From Magallana gigas (taxonomy: Eukaryota), in NCBI RefSeq assembly GCF_963853765.1, contig NC_088857.1, positions 12,028,001-12,092,000 of the forward strand: a stretch of 64,000 nucleotides of DNA, written 5' to 3'. Made by a program: the position numbers and the translations under genes. The notes below the pieces were generated by a model. The model made no database searches. It saw only the letters and a list, made by a program, of their open reading frames with translations, and was not told the DNA's origin. Shown one piece after another: positions 29,235 to 42,830 of the stretch (its first letter is position 1; each line of letters starts with the position of its first letter).

Positions 29235-30032
29235 TATGGTGGCATATCTCTGCCCCTTGTGTGCAAGTTATTTTTCTATTAATTAAGTGGACATGCAAGA
29301 TAAATATGCTGACATGCAAGATAGTTATGTCAACATGCAACATAACTATGTTGACATGCAAGAAAACTGCAATCAAATAAGAGTTATAAAAAATCTCAAA
29401 TATCGCCAACAGGTGACATTCAAGATCCTAGATACGCTACCTATTGATGTCAACATGCAACTTATTTATGTCGACATGCAACTTAATTATGTCGACATGC
29501 AACTTATTTATGTCGACATGCAACTTAGTTATGTTAACATGCAAGATAAATATGTTGACATGCAACATATTTATGTCGACATGCGACTAAGTTATGTTGA
29601 CAACTTATAAGTTGCATGTCAACATATTTATCTCGCATGTTAACATAACTAAGTTGCATGTCAACATAGTCATCTCGCATGTCAACATAAGTAAGTTGCA
29701 TGTTGACATAAATAAGTTGCATGGACATTAATAAGTTGCCTGTTGACATAAGTAAGTTGCATGTCAGCATATTTATCTTGCATGTTAACATAAATTAGTT
29801 GCATGTCGACATAAAAAGGTAGCATTTAGCATCTTGGATGTCACAAGTGGGCGTTATTTGAGAATTTTTGAGATTTTGTATAATTCTTATCTGATTGCAA
29901 TTTTCTTGCATGTCAACATAGTTATGTTGCATGTTGACATAATTATCTTGCATGTCAAAATATTTATCTTGCATGTCGACATATTTGATGGAAAAATAAC
30001 TTGCACACAAGGGGCAGAGATATGCCACCATA
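29235..30032. mobile_element. Foldback-type non-autonomous DNA element (~800 bp, almost entirely palindromic, 21-bp subrepeats)
   Basis: Termini TATGGTGGCATATCTCTGCCCCTTGTGTGCAAGTTATTTTT and its reverse complement; arms built of GTCGACATGCAACTTATTTAT-like units that invert at about 29610; TATTTC on both flanks (candidate 6-bp TSD). Confidence 0.85.
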
Positions 30033-33000
30033 TATTTCACTTGCCCTGCCCGAATAATATGAATCAAAAGAAGTGAGTTCGAGAAATGAGGCAATGTCGT
30101 TCATTGAATAAAATCGACGCTTTCGGTGACAGAAACCTTTGTTTACAAGCAACTTACGGTATGCCGATCATTTCGATTAAAAAAAACAATTCGTACGGAA
30201 AAGTATGCACATAATTTTTTTTCTCAAACGGATGTATCATTATGAAGAAAAACCGTTGGTTTACACGATGCGCTTCAGAATCTTCAGAAACACGTACGTC
30301 ATCCGAGATGAACGAAAAATGGGTCCCATTTGGTAGGTAAAATAAGCATTTACCACCAAATGGGACACAAACCACCATACAGGGGTTGTGTCCAATCTGT
30401 TCATTGTAAAAAAAATGGGCCGATGAAATACATGTACACATGATTTACAAATACCATTCCTTTGAGCGTTTATCGAAAATAATGTATAGGAAATGGAAGT
30501 AGAAAGTTGCATGTTCATAACAATTCAGGAAAAGACTTAAAGGAAAACTACGTTTCCATTTGCAATATGCATATGCATGGTAATAACATAAGCGCATCTG
30601 TTGTAATTCATGTTAGAAAAGATGAAAGAATAGTGTATCAGAGAAAAATTGATTCTAGTACAAGTGGAGTTTTGTCCAGCATGTACTTGTGGCATTTCCT
30701 ATTGATCAACTGTAACAAGCACAACAAATTCCATAAATTCCACAACCGCTTTCCAGTGAACATGTATCAACTAATTGTTTTAAACCCCACCCACTATTTA
30801 GGCACCGAAATATCGACTTATGATTAATATCTAATTATATATTATTAAGTTTGCAATTGTAAAAAAGAATATCACACTCATATTGCTCCGTGGCTTAATT
30901 GAAATTGATTTCTTCATAAAATAATGATACCTTGATGTTGATAATTCCCATTCCATCATGAACCCGAAATAGTTAGATCTATCTGGTAGTAGATATAACT
31001 AGGTATAAGTATAGTCACGTTCAACCAAATCTCTCTATATCAACCAAACGCTTGGCTTTCTCTGTAAATCCCCAACGAGCGTTCGGTTTGCAGCGTTCGG
31101 TTTCCTTTATAGTGTATGGCTGACCTAGCGAGTTTTAACTTTGGAACAACTTTTTCAATTGAACATACTTCATTTGAGGTGGTATGGCACCCTTCCATAT
31201 TGTAATATGTATCGAAATAAAAATTAAAATCAAGTTTAATTTTTTTGAATAGTAGTTTCTTTCCAAAAATTGTCATCCAACAGCTTAGCGCCGTCGGTAA
31301 GAGAGTTTAAAACGGATCTGTAAGTTATGAGTTTAAATCGCGCTTTGGTATTCAAATGTTTATCTTTCGAAAAATTTTAAAACGCATTTTTTGATTAGAA
31401 AATGTATAATTTGAAAATTCCAAACCGGTAAAAGTTTTCTAAATATAATTTACTATAATCCACATTAATATTGACAGAGGTCCCATACCACCTTAACACC
31501 ATCTAGTCGTACTATTGTACACTATTTACTAATAATAAACCACTAAAACCAGTGATCCGCTGTTTGATGCAACCTTAACTATCACCTACTTTTTCATGCA
31601 CTCATAACATATATTTTGATACAAGTAAGTCATTACGTTTGATCAAGATAAAGTAGCAAGAAACTTAATTTGCATGCATTTTTTTGCGGTGTGGTTGAAT
31701 TCTGCTTATAGCATTTGGGTTGTTTTAAGTTGCCAATCAAAATGATATAACGCTTACGAAATAGAAAAAAATATATTCAAATAACTTTTTCTTCGGATTG
31801 ATTGATATTTAAAACAAAGTCGAGGTCAAAACAAATAGCAAATTTTTAGTGAATACGATCTGTTGTAGAAACAATGCATGCACCAATATTCCAACGGCAC
31901 TGGAAGTGTTTGTAGTGATCGTTTTGGTCATATTAAGTGGTGGTTTTTTTTTTAAATATTACCAAAGACTAAAATAAATAAAAAAAATTATAATGATATT
32001 AGGCATGCGCACAAAAAAACCAAGCAATTTTTATATTTTAACGTTTGGTCTCGGGTAAAAGATTTCAATCTGTGTTGTTTTTAATCTGTGCTATTGGTGA
32101 GAAGACATTTCAGTTCTGAAATGTTGAAATTTTCAAATCATTTTCTTTTGTAATTTTCGAATCATTTTGTATATTAGTATAAACACTAATAGGTTTGTTG
32201 AGTGTAGACTTAAGATGGTAAGGGGCAGAAAGCGATATTTTGTTTAATATTTATTTAAACTACATATGTGAAATCCACAAAATCAATTAGTATCCCGGTT
32301 AAGATGAATAAGTAACGAAAACTCTAATCTTACAATATGAGAAAAAGAAGTATTTGTCAACTATGTTGTATAGATACATTAATAAAAAATGATTAACTTT
32401 CATTTATCCAGTGCCAGAGGTCCAGATTCATAATAATTCAACCTTACCGATTCATCTTGTGTACATTGTGTACTTTGTTCCTACTATGAACAGAACACCA
32501 AACATCTGTAATGTGGAATTGAAATTTTACCTCTTATTAACTGTAGATATATTTAGAGTGTAATAGTAATTTAGAATCGGCAGAGTAGATGGATTATAGT
32601 TTTGAGGCTTCTCAACAGTCTATTTGAAAACCAGTATAATTCGGGCTTCACAGGATTTGATCACGTGACCAACCAAGTTCATATCTCGGTGAACTTTTTA
32701 ACTCGCTGTTTAGTACATTTCCCCTTAAAGTATCTATTAACTCCTTGGTGTTTCAGAAAGATTCAAATCTTTTTTAAAATGAAACTTTTTTCAATATGGT
32801 GCAATTGCTCGCAAAACCCATTACAATATATTTTTAGAAATTGACGTAATCATTTTTAATAATACCAAATTATTATAATTTTTTTTTACATCATTTCATT
32901 TTCCGTTTTGTTCACGTTAAATCCGCATATTATTTAACCAATTGTTTCATAAATGCCAATTTTCTTTAAGAATAGCCATCAATCTTTTGAATCATGTAAG

Positions 33001-33147
33001 GATTTCTGTGTCTTGACACCACAAACCATCTGTGTAAGATCTTTATCAAACATCTCCATCGACAATCTTAGCCTTATTGTGTTAAATACACACAGAGTGC
33101 AAATTAATTTGATTGATTGGGAAAATCCATATTATTTTTATAAATGA

Positions 33148-33297
33148 AAAAAGACAATAACAGTCAACCATCTCAAAAATCCGTAAAACGAAATACAAAA
33201 TCAAGACAGAGCAACACGGACCTCTAAAATGATAGAGGTATGATCAGGTGCCTAGGAGTAGTGAGCATTCTGACCGGTCACACCCGCCGTGTGCTCT
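33148..33297. mobile_element. SINE-like fragment
   Basis: GC-richer block (gaggtatgatcaggtgcctaggagtagtgagcattctgaccggtcacacccgccgtg) absent from the paralogous positions at about 21410 and 45810. Resemblance to mollusc SINE cores is from recall only. Confidence 0.4.
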
Positions 33298-36200
33298 TAA
33301 CTTTGTTAAGTGAATAAATAAACATAAATTCCAAGTGCTAGTGTCTTTTCTGACAGAAAACTACCTGTGCCATGGGAAATTTTTTACTGAATTTAATGAA
33401 GTGTATGTCTCTATAATTGGTGCATTTATTATAACTGATAATGAAGGACTTGATTATTTACAAATTCTTAACATATCCAAACCTTCAGGTTCCGATTTTC
33501 TTTCGCAATGTGTTTCAAAAAATATTGCATATGTACTAGTAATTCACAAGTTTTTGCTAAATTTTACAATATATTACAACGTAGTAGCACACTTCCTAGC
33601 AAGTAGACAGGAGGAATCGCAAAAAGGTACATTTTCTGCAATGCCGGCTACCTTCATACCCCTATGAAGCATAACAGAAGGCATTTTTGTTTAAATTTGC
33701 AATATATTTATTTGTATCATACATGTTTTTATAGAGAACATAACCCCTTTCAGAAAAAGTGTCCTACTTCTACATTTCATAGTATGAATAAAATATTTTG
33801 TAGAGCAATGATAAGTTTAACATACGTGTATTTGAATATATTCAAGAAATGCTAGCAAGAGCTTTTTTCTCTTGAAAAACCTCGTTTTTTTGCACCCTTC
33901 ATATTAATAATGATTGATTCACAAATCAAGGGTTTAAAAAATATTTACCTCTTGCAAAAAGTCTGACACTTAAGACAAAAGTAGTAAAAAGAAATGCTTG
34001 TTGTATCCCACAAAGCCTTATCCCCACCGAAACACAGTTTTTTGAAGTTATGTTATACATTTCAAAAAATCGAGAGTGAATTACTCGCAGTATCTTGATT
34101 ATATGATGAAAGAAAAGGGACGTAATTTCACTTCGAAAGATAGAGAACTTCGAGAGCTCAAAATTCGAATCAATGAGTGTCGCCTGTATTTGTTGACACT
34201 TCATATTTCGTGTAAATTTTACTTTAATAACGAGTTATTCATAAAATAAAATCAATGCTCGCAAAACTGTATGAAATATCTGTATGTCCGAATATTTCTT
34301 CAATTTGTATGATAATAGTTTTTAATACTGTCAACAACTTTTATTAAAACATTTTCTAATACACTTATACATCGCCGAGTTAAATGAACACAAACCGAAT
34401 CCATAAAACCTCATTAGGCCGGTAAGGGAGGAAGACTAACTATCTGGTATATTGTTTCCTCTAAGGGAGAAGACTCACTTTATTACCGGTCTTCCATAGG
34501 CAAAGTCTCACTGCGGGGAATGGGGTCTCAATATATGACACCAGCATCAAAGCTAGTGGGGGTACCATCGAATTAATATTGCGAAATCATTATACCAGCT
34601 GGTAGTCAATATTGTCCCGAACATTTTGAAAATGCCGATTTTAAAGTTGATGCATTTTTAACCTATGTCCCAAGTTATTATTTCAATTTTTTCAATTTTT
34701 AACAAAAATTACACATACCTGTAAAAAGTCCCATTTGTAACGATAAAAAGGAATAAAATCCAAGTTTTCTTTATTGACACATGATCTTTTCTTAGCCCGG
34801 GTAAGTCCATATGATCGAACTTCAGTTTTTAGGAAAATCTGACATCTTATATCATTTAGAATTAATTTGGAATACATCGCACAATTTTTTTTAACTTATC
34901 AACCGTGTACTTTCGTGTCGCTAGCAAAGCAACATCCCAGTAGACCAGTAGATGTGTATCTACATTTGAAAAGCTAAAAGGGCGTTTAAAACGAGATTTT
35001 TTGTGGATATTTTCATAGTATTGAAAAAAATAAGGATGAACTCTGAATATAGAATAAGAAAATATATTCCATAAATAACTTTGGACAAAATACATTATCA
35101 AAGCAGCCAATAGCTCATTCATTAGCAGGTTTGCTATTATTTTACTCTACGAACAGCTACACAGCTAAACGAAAATCACCGAATTCATTTCCAGCTTCAT
35201 CCAAGCTGACAAATAAAGCGTTTTATTGAATGTAACATGAATATGGAAGCGTTTTATTGAATGTAACATGAATATGGAAAAGCGCGCTGAAATGTGTATG
35301 CTTTGACATTTATTAAAATAACACTTGCTCGGACCACTGCCAATATATCTTTGAAAATTTCATTCAGACTGAAATTAGGACTCTCCAAGAAGTGTAATCA
35401 GCTGTCTTCACATTTGAAAACCTCACTTGCAGAAATTGAAAATTCAATTATTCTTGTGTTTTCTTGTATCTACAACTTTATTTTTAAAAAAGCTTAACAA
35501 CATTTCAATTTCATGAGACGTTCATAATGTTAAATGAGGAAATTAAGGCGACTAGTGAAAGGAATGGTGGTCATCACGGAGACGGGTCATTTTGTATCAG
35601 CAGTTAGACGCTTCCTCGCAGACAATTAGAATACATGAAATATTCAAGTCAAACCTTGAAGATACCAAACACCGGGTGCAAGAAAATAGCTTAAGTTTGT
35701 TTTCGTGAGCAGGTTTTTTTCCGAAGAGATGCTCTAAGTCTACTGGAGGATGAGGTAATGCAAACGGAAATGCCATGTTTCATGAACCAAAGGAATAAAC
35801 AATTGTCAACAGAGGATGCTAGTTCTAGCCGATTGGATAACAAAGTGATTACTAGAGCTTTGATGCTTAAAAACTGTTCTTATAATTCAATCCTATTCGT
35901 TTTTGGGTTTTGTTAAATTTTGATACTTAGATCCATCGAAAAAATGGTTTATTTAGCGAATAAAACTTCCACTGGTTAAAAATTTAACCGTTTAAATATA
36001 TGATCAAATTTATTAAACAACAAGTGGTATTTTTTTTAAAGACAATCAATTAGAGTGGAGTCGGCAAAAGCAAGAATAGAGTTGGAAGTATATGTACTTA
36101 GATAGAATTCTCTTGTCAAAGTTCCATACATCAGAGGCTACGATTGTATGTACAGACTCTATATAACAAATACATACCTCCACTTTCATTAGGTATATTC

Positions 36201-36659
36201 ATAAAATGTGTTTGTGCATTGTGCGCGGACTAAGAGGGGACTTCTTCAATTCACATCATAAGGTACTGAAAATTAGCTTAGTCTTGAGCCCGCCCCCCCC
36301 CCCCCATCCCTGGCAAAATTTCTCCATCTCCCCTCTAGAACAGTTTCTGGGTATGCGTTATACGTAAAGCTTTAAAAAGGACCCTCTGCTAAAGTAAAGG
36401 CTCGCAAATATGGTAGTTTGCCAGCTATTTTCAAGATAGTTCAACACATAATTAATTTTTTCGTTCTTAAAGAAATATGCTTCATTTTTTATTTGAAACA
36501 TTGTAAATAATTAACGTTTTGAATATAAACAAGAACCAAAGGAAACATAGGTAATCACAGATTACAAAGCTCACCGAGACGAGACATCACCCTTATGAGA
36601 CTTCACCTTTATGAGACCACCTTTATCATATTAAATGAAAATCATACTTTATGATCTTG

Positions 36660-37430
36660 GATATTCATGAATTCTGTTTTGACACAATATCGTATATCAT
36701 CTGTGAAAAAATACAATATCATAATATATAAAACAATATAGTTTGATATTGTATGATACTGTATCATTTTTTATACATTATATGATATTGTATCATATGA
36801 TACAATATAATTTGATACAACATTGTATCATATCAAATGATACAATATTATGTGATAAAGTAAAATATTATATTAAACAATATTATATTATACATATTGT
36901 ATCATAATACAATATTATATTTTACAATATCATACAATACAATTTCATGTGATGTGATAATATATCATATTATAAATCAATATCATATTATAAAATATCG
37001 TATGATACGATATAATATATTATTACAGTATCATATTATACAATTTCATGTGATATAATTCTATATTACAGAAACTAATATCATATCATACAATATCGTA
37101 TGATACAATATTAAAGAATATACAATATTGTATCATAGGATACAATATTATATTTTGCAATATCTTATGTAATAGTATCATGTGATAAAATAATAAATTA
37201 ATAATACAATATAATATTATACAATATTGTATCATAGTATACAATACTATACATAACGATATCATGATACAATATCATAACATAAAATATCAAAAAAACT
37301 GATACAATATCATATAGTATCATATAACATTTTATAATATTAAATATGATATCATATTGTTTTATATTAAACAATATTGTTTCATACCATACAATACTAT
37401 CAAAGGAATCATGTTATATCATTTATCAAC
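36660..37430. repeat. Degenerate AT-rich (GATACAATAT)-like simple repeat inside the HINE
   Basis: Recurring gatacaatat / atatcata / tattgtatc motifs in both orientations. Confidence 0.75.
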
Positions 37431-37599
37431 AAACACATCTATCTATCGAGCAGGTTTGAGTGAGATTTCTTTAGGAGATTTCTTTAGCATCCTTGATAAT
37501 GGAGATCAGGCTCTCTATCTGAAAAACCTCTGCGTTTCATCTATAATATAGTTAAATCAACTATGCAAGCTATTATCTATAAAACATGTGACCTGTTAA

Positions 37600-39250
37600 A
37601 AAAAACTAAACCTCATCCAGCATCCGAAACCTATGGCTCAGATTCAGCATTCAAGCCTGTCAGGTGCATCAGTATACATAAGACGCATCTCCATGCAAGT
37701 TTGGTGAAGTTCAGACCAGTAATAACTAAGATATCATCATCAGAGGGCACTAGCAATTAAAACCTTAACCTGCTCCAGCATCCGCAACCTTTGGCTCAGA
37801 TTCAACATCCATGCCTGTCAGGTGCATCTGTATCATAAGACACACCATCCATTCAAGTTTGGTGAAGTTAGGACCTGTAATAACTCAGATATATTTTTTA
37901 GCATCCTTGATAATGGAGATCAAGCTCTGCATCTGAAGCTTCCTCTGTGATTCATTCATATTACAGTTTAATCAACTATGCAAGTTTGAAAGAGTACTAT
38001 TATCTATTAAACATGTGACCTGTTCCAAAAAACTTAACCATATCCAGCATCTGAAACCTATGGCTCAGATTCAGCATTCAAGCCTGTCAGGTGCATCAGT
38101 ATCATAAGACGCACCATCCATGGAAGTCTGGTGAAGTTAGGACAAGTAATAACTAAGATATAATCATCAGAGGGCACCTGCAACAAAAACTTTAACCAGC
38201 TCTAAAAACCTTAACCTCCTCCAGCATCCGAAACCTTTAGCTCAGATTCAGCGATCAAGCTTGTCAGGTGCATCAGTATCATAAGACGCACCATCCATGC
38301 AAGTCTGGTGAAGGACGGACCAGCAGTAACTTAGATATTGCTATCAAAGGGCACCTGCAACAAAAACTTTAACCAGCTCCAAAAACCTTAACCTCCTCCA
38401 GCATCCGAAACCTTTAGCTCAGATTCAGCACTCAAGCCTGTCTGGTGCATCAGTATCATAAGACACACCATCCATGGAAGTCTGGTGAAGTTAGGACAAG
38501 TAGTAACTAAGATATAATCATCAGAGGGCACCTGCAACAAAAACTTTAACCAGCTCCAAAAACCTTAACCTCCTCCAGCATCGGAAACCTTTAGCTCAGA
38601 TTCAGCACTCAAGCCTGTCTGGTGCATCAGTATCATAAGACACTATCCATGGAAGTCTGGTGAAGTTAGGACAAGTAGTAACTAAGATATAATCATCAGA
38701 GGGCACCTGCAACAAAAACTTTAACCAGCTCTAAAAACCTTAACCTCCTCCAGCATCCGAAACCTTTAGCTCAGATTCAGCGATCAAGCTTGTCAGGTGC
38801 ATCAGTATCATAAGACGCACCATCCATGCAGGTCTGGTGAAGTGCGGACCAGCAGTAACTTAGATATTGCTATCAAAGGGCACCTGCAACAAAAACTTTA
38901 ACCTGCTCCAAAAACCTTTACCTCCTCCAGCATCCGAAACCTTTAGCTGAGATTCAGCACTCAAGCCTGTCTGGTGCATCAGTATCATAAGACACACCAT
39001 CCATGCAAGTTTGGTGAAGTACGGACCTGCAGTAACTTAGATATTGCTATCAAAGGGCACGTGCAACAAAAACTTTAACCTGGTCCAACAACCTTAACCT
39101 CCTCCAGCATCTGAAATTTAGGAATCAGATTCAGCATACAAGTCTTTCAAGTCCATAAGTAGGTCCAGATGCATCATCCATGCAAGTTTGGTGAAGATAG
39201 GACAAGTAATAGCTTAGATACAGGACCTGCAACAAAACCTTTAACCAGGT
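37600..39250. repeat. ~177-bp satellite-like tandem array inside the HINE
   Basis: The anchor CCAGCATC(C/G)GAAACCTTTAGCT recurs at 38221, 38398, 38575, 38750, 38927 and 39104 (period 175-177), with more diverged units at about 37617, 37776 and 38044. Confidence 0.92.
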
Positions 39251-39453
39251 CCGGACGCCGACGCCGACGCCGACACCGACGCCGACGCCGAGGGTATAGC
39301 ATAAGCTCCCCCTGACTTCGTCTCGGTGAGCTAAAAAGGTTTTGTGCTACACCAGTATATGAACTATATAGCGTATGGTGTAGACTCATTTATTTGGCGG
39401 GGTAGAATGAAGTAAGTTTCATACGTGCATTTCATTAAATACTCGAAACTGTG

Positions 39454-40984
39454 TCAAATCTTTGATTTAATTGATTCAGTGTTTGCGCTTTTAACAGAAA
39501 ACTGATGAAATGCAATGGTTGCTTGAATACACACATCGGATCCCCTAGTCAGCTCAAAACATAGTTGATCATCTCTACTCGAAGTCTCCCAAGCGTGAAC
39601 TACGACCTCTTCATCCACCAAAGCCTCGTTTACGTATCTTATCTGGAACTCCTTCAACCCATTTTTACTGTTCTGAATTAAAGGTTTGCTAAATAGTTCT
39701 TGGTCCAAACCTTTTCTGCAAGCATTCATACAAATTTGAACATAAACGACCCAGTTGGTGTGGTTTTGGATGTCAATATCCGATGCCTGAATCTTGTAGT
39801 GGTCTACAGCCATGCACGCGTCTGGGCGGTTTAGTTTTTCCATAACAAACGGTGAACCAGTACACATTGATCCATACTTTTTTCGCCAAGAAGCAGGGAG
39901 CTCTAGAGGTTTTCTGGTAACCGGATCGACCATAATGTTCTGCAGACTCAGTCTAGCAAACCACTGCGAATTGTCTCTTTGACATATTTCTTGTACTTTA
40001 CAATACGAACTTTTCCCAACGTAATCCAATGTGGAAAAGAAATCAAATGGAAGATGGAAGTAAGCCGAAACGTAAAGACTTTGATGAATTTCTAGTTTGC
40101 ATGAACCAGCGAATACAAATTTATCAGCAAAAATAGGTTTGTGATCAAGGAAGGTATTCGGGTCGTCTTGTAAGGCGCTGATGCTGATGCCTTCCGCTAG
40201 ATCAAACAACCGAAAAAGCCCGGGAATTGATATTTGCTTATCTGAAGAGTAATAACAAGACATTATCATGACACACGATTAACAAATCAAGTAATGCAGA
40301 TATTTATTTCTGTTAAAAAGAAATAAAAATAGTAGTTACATGTAGATGACTGGTTAACATGAATTCGAAAATTAATTAACAATCTAAGAACATGGCTTGA
40401 TTTATATCTGATATTACATCATTTGACGACTTTAAGTAAAATTGACCACGTGTAATATCAAATGCTAAAGCAAATCATCCGCTCACAAAAAATCCTTTCC
40501 CAGTTTTCCCTATAGATGAAGGATTTCCAACCCAATCGCTTAATTTTAGATCATCCAATCGATCTCTAATATTTGTCGATAATTTCTTTATACCAGATTA
40601 CGAAAGATTAATTTGATACAATATGCCAATTGGTAATGAATGGAACCTATACAGGGGATATTGACAATACCGTGTCTACTTAACTTTAAAGGGCATGATC
40701 ACGATTTGAGCTTAGATATTGTTTGGGTGTGCGGTGTTCTGGCTAGGAAGCTAAAACATTTTAAAAAGGAACTTTCTTCTGATTTCCGTCTCATTTTCTC
40801 ATTATTAATATATTGCGGAAAGATCGGCAATCACACAGTATGCATGTACACAACATGCACTGTCTAAGTAAACGTACCTAAGTGTGTTGAGAATGCATCA
40901 AACAGGCTTGAAACACCCTCAGGAAAGCGAACAATACAGCGCACCCCCTTGATTGTTCGGCTTATATTCAGTTCAGTGATGGCT
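39454..40984 (-). CDS. Double-hotdog thioesterase-like protein, array copy 3
   Basis: Exons 40878-40984 (107 bp, AITELNISRTIKGVRCIVRFPEGVSSLFDAFSTHL) and 39454-40241 (788 bp). The ORF-track 'MIMSCYYSS' start is intronic (ctcttcag acceptor). Motif SDIDIQNHTNWVVY; ends KSKI. Confidence 0.72.
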
Positions 40985-42088
40985 CTGTGAATAAATAGAG
41001 ACATTTTGACACTTTCATTTTTGATAGCTTCTTAATTATTATTTAATTAGACCTTATGGCTCTTAGTTACGGAATTTTCTTGATGCTGCTGGATTTTTTT
41101 TTTCAACTGGAGATTAGTGAGGGTGTTATAATTGTTTGAAAGATACGATATTGTTTAAGTTATTTAAAACTGAGTAAACAAGAAAGTTAAGATACACGTC
41201 TTTTTCATACCCTAAACAGGATAACAGAGTTAGGTCGAAGATAGATTAATAAAACGTTAAATTTACCGTTGTTTGTAATATTTCCTAAATAACCAAAAAA
41301 TAAAAAGAACAAATACATGATAGAAATAGATCTAGAATCTACCTACAGGCCCTGATATGCTACTACATCTCTACGACGAACCGTACCGTTCCATGAAAGA
41401 AACGATCCGCGAACCTCACCGTTCATAAAACGAACTGTATCGTTCACTAAGATAACAGAATTAGGTCGAATATAGCTTTAAATAACGTTTAATTTGCCGT
41501 ACTTTGAAATTTTTTCTGAATAAAACCAAATAATAAAAAAATGAATTACAAAAATAGAGCTAGAATGATCTTACACGTACCTCAAATCCTAGCAATATAA
41601 ACATTTTGCAACCACCGAGCTTCTATATAAATCGCGATGGCCTTTGTGGCTTTAAAATGGATAGTATTACACCGTGAATGATAAAGAGTTTCGAAATCTG
41701 TACACAAAAAGAATTTCCGAATAATTTCAAACCTTGAGAGTCGAGATACTAAACATATTTCCACTATTTATCTGTAATGCAATAAATATATTATGTGCAT
41801 CACACTATATTAAATCGAATACATGTATGGAACGGCACTTTATTCCCTTTAAATCGTATTTGCTTCCCCAAAACATATATGATTTAAAATACATATACCT
41901 CAATATTGACATCTCTTCCATCCTCAAATTACTTTAAAACGCTAATCTCTTGAAAAGCAAGTCACCTGTTCCTTAATGGCAAGCCGTAAGTGTCAAAACT
42001 ACATTATATATAATCATAGAGAAAGTCGACTTCCGGGAAAACGTCACAATATACAATAGGTAAAAGTTTGCGTGCGCGATAGGTATTC

Positions 42089-42830
42089 ACTATTATACAA
42101 TTATTTAATGCTTGAGCAGTCAATAGACCAGAATATTTTTCCCTTTGTGCAGGGAACAGCTCAGTATGATCTATTGCCCGAGGCCGTTGGCCTCGGGCAA
42201 TAGATCATACTGAGCTGTTCCCTGCACAAAGGGAAAAATATTCTGGTCTATTGACTGCTCAAGCATTAAATAATTGTTTTATTACCTAATTTCTTTTTAG
42301 TTTTCCGGGTTTACAATTTGTATATTGCAGATGGATTTCCTGCCATTATGCAATACACTAAGATTTTTTTTCATCTTTTACATGCACCAAACTTGTTGCA
42401 TGCATTACAACATCTCAATTTAACATTAGTTTACACAAAGACGGAGGAGTCTTCAACCCATTAGATTTTAAATAGTCTATTACCTTATATGAGGCTTTAA
42501 AACTGTTGATTATTTGATACTCCATTTTGATAACATTGAATTTGGTTTCACCAAGTATTAAAAACAGCGTCTATGTAAAGGAATATACATTCCCTTAGTA
42601 AGGATGTAACATTATAATATACACGCGTTCTGATATACGTTGCCTGTCCAATAGATCACAGTCTATTGACCGGCGGTCCAATAGATCGCACTCTATTGAC
42701 TGGCGGTCCAATAGATCGCAGTCTATTGAACGGCGGTCTAATAGATCGCAGTCTATTGACCGGCAGTTCAAAATAGACGCAAATATTTAATTTGTAATAA
42801 AACAACAAAATCCCTTTGATTAGGTAATAA
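42089..42830. mobile_element. Hairpin-type (Crypton-like) non-autonomous element with a perfect 89-bp-arm palindrome and 30-bp tandem repeats
   Basis: 42097-42185 is the exact reverse complement of 42189-42277 (loop GTT). Four copies of GTCCAATAGATCGCAGTCTATTGACCGGCG at 42646-42765. Absent at the paralogous site (about 54235). Confidence 0.8.

Larger units (their letters stand above)
36545..39337. mobile_element. HINE (non-autonomous Helentron/Helitron2-associated element) carrying a satellite array
   Basis: Sub-terminal inverted repeats AGCTCACCGAGACGA (36568) / TCGTCTCGGTGAGCT (39318); (GACGCC)n microsatellite at about 39253-39291; terminal hairpin and A-run. The paralogous empty site ggaaaacggttttgtgctac is at about 48321. 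Confidence 0.88.

Noticed and set aside
29203-30094. Several ORFs with YVDMQL-type heptad repeats
   Set aside because: By-product of the 21-bp subrepeats of the foldback element; present on both strands, with no splice or start support.
31280-31350. tRNA-like segment (agcttagcgccgtcggtaagagag..gagtttaaatcgcgc)
   Set aside because: A/B-box-like remnants only and no cloverleaf; at best a decayed tRNA-derived SINE head, not a tRNA gene.
40242-40269. ORF-track N-terminus MIMSCYYSS of copies 3 and 4
   Set aside because: Lies in the intron's polypyrimidine tract and AG acceptor; an in-phase upstream exon homologous to those of copies 1 and 2 exists.
41579-41770. Candidate first coding exon for copy 3 (GAG|gtacgt donor, MFILLGFE)
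   Set aside because: Phase 0 does not match the next exon, and the ATG is not conserved in the unit-4 paralogue (about 53720-53750). It could still be a non-coding exon.
42646-42765. CRISPR-like appearance of palindromic 30-bp repeats (also the 24-bp and 177-bp arrays)
   Set aside because: Head-to-tail repeats without unique spacers, no cas genes, eukaryotic context.
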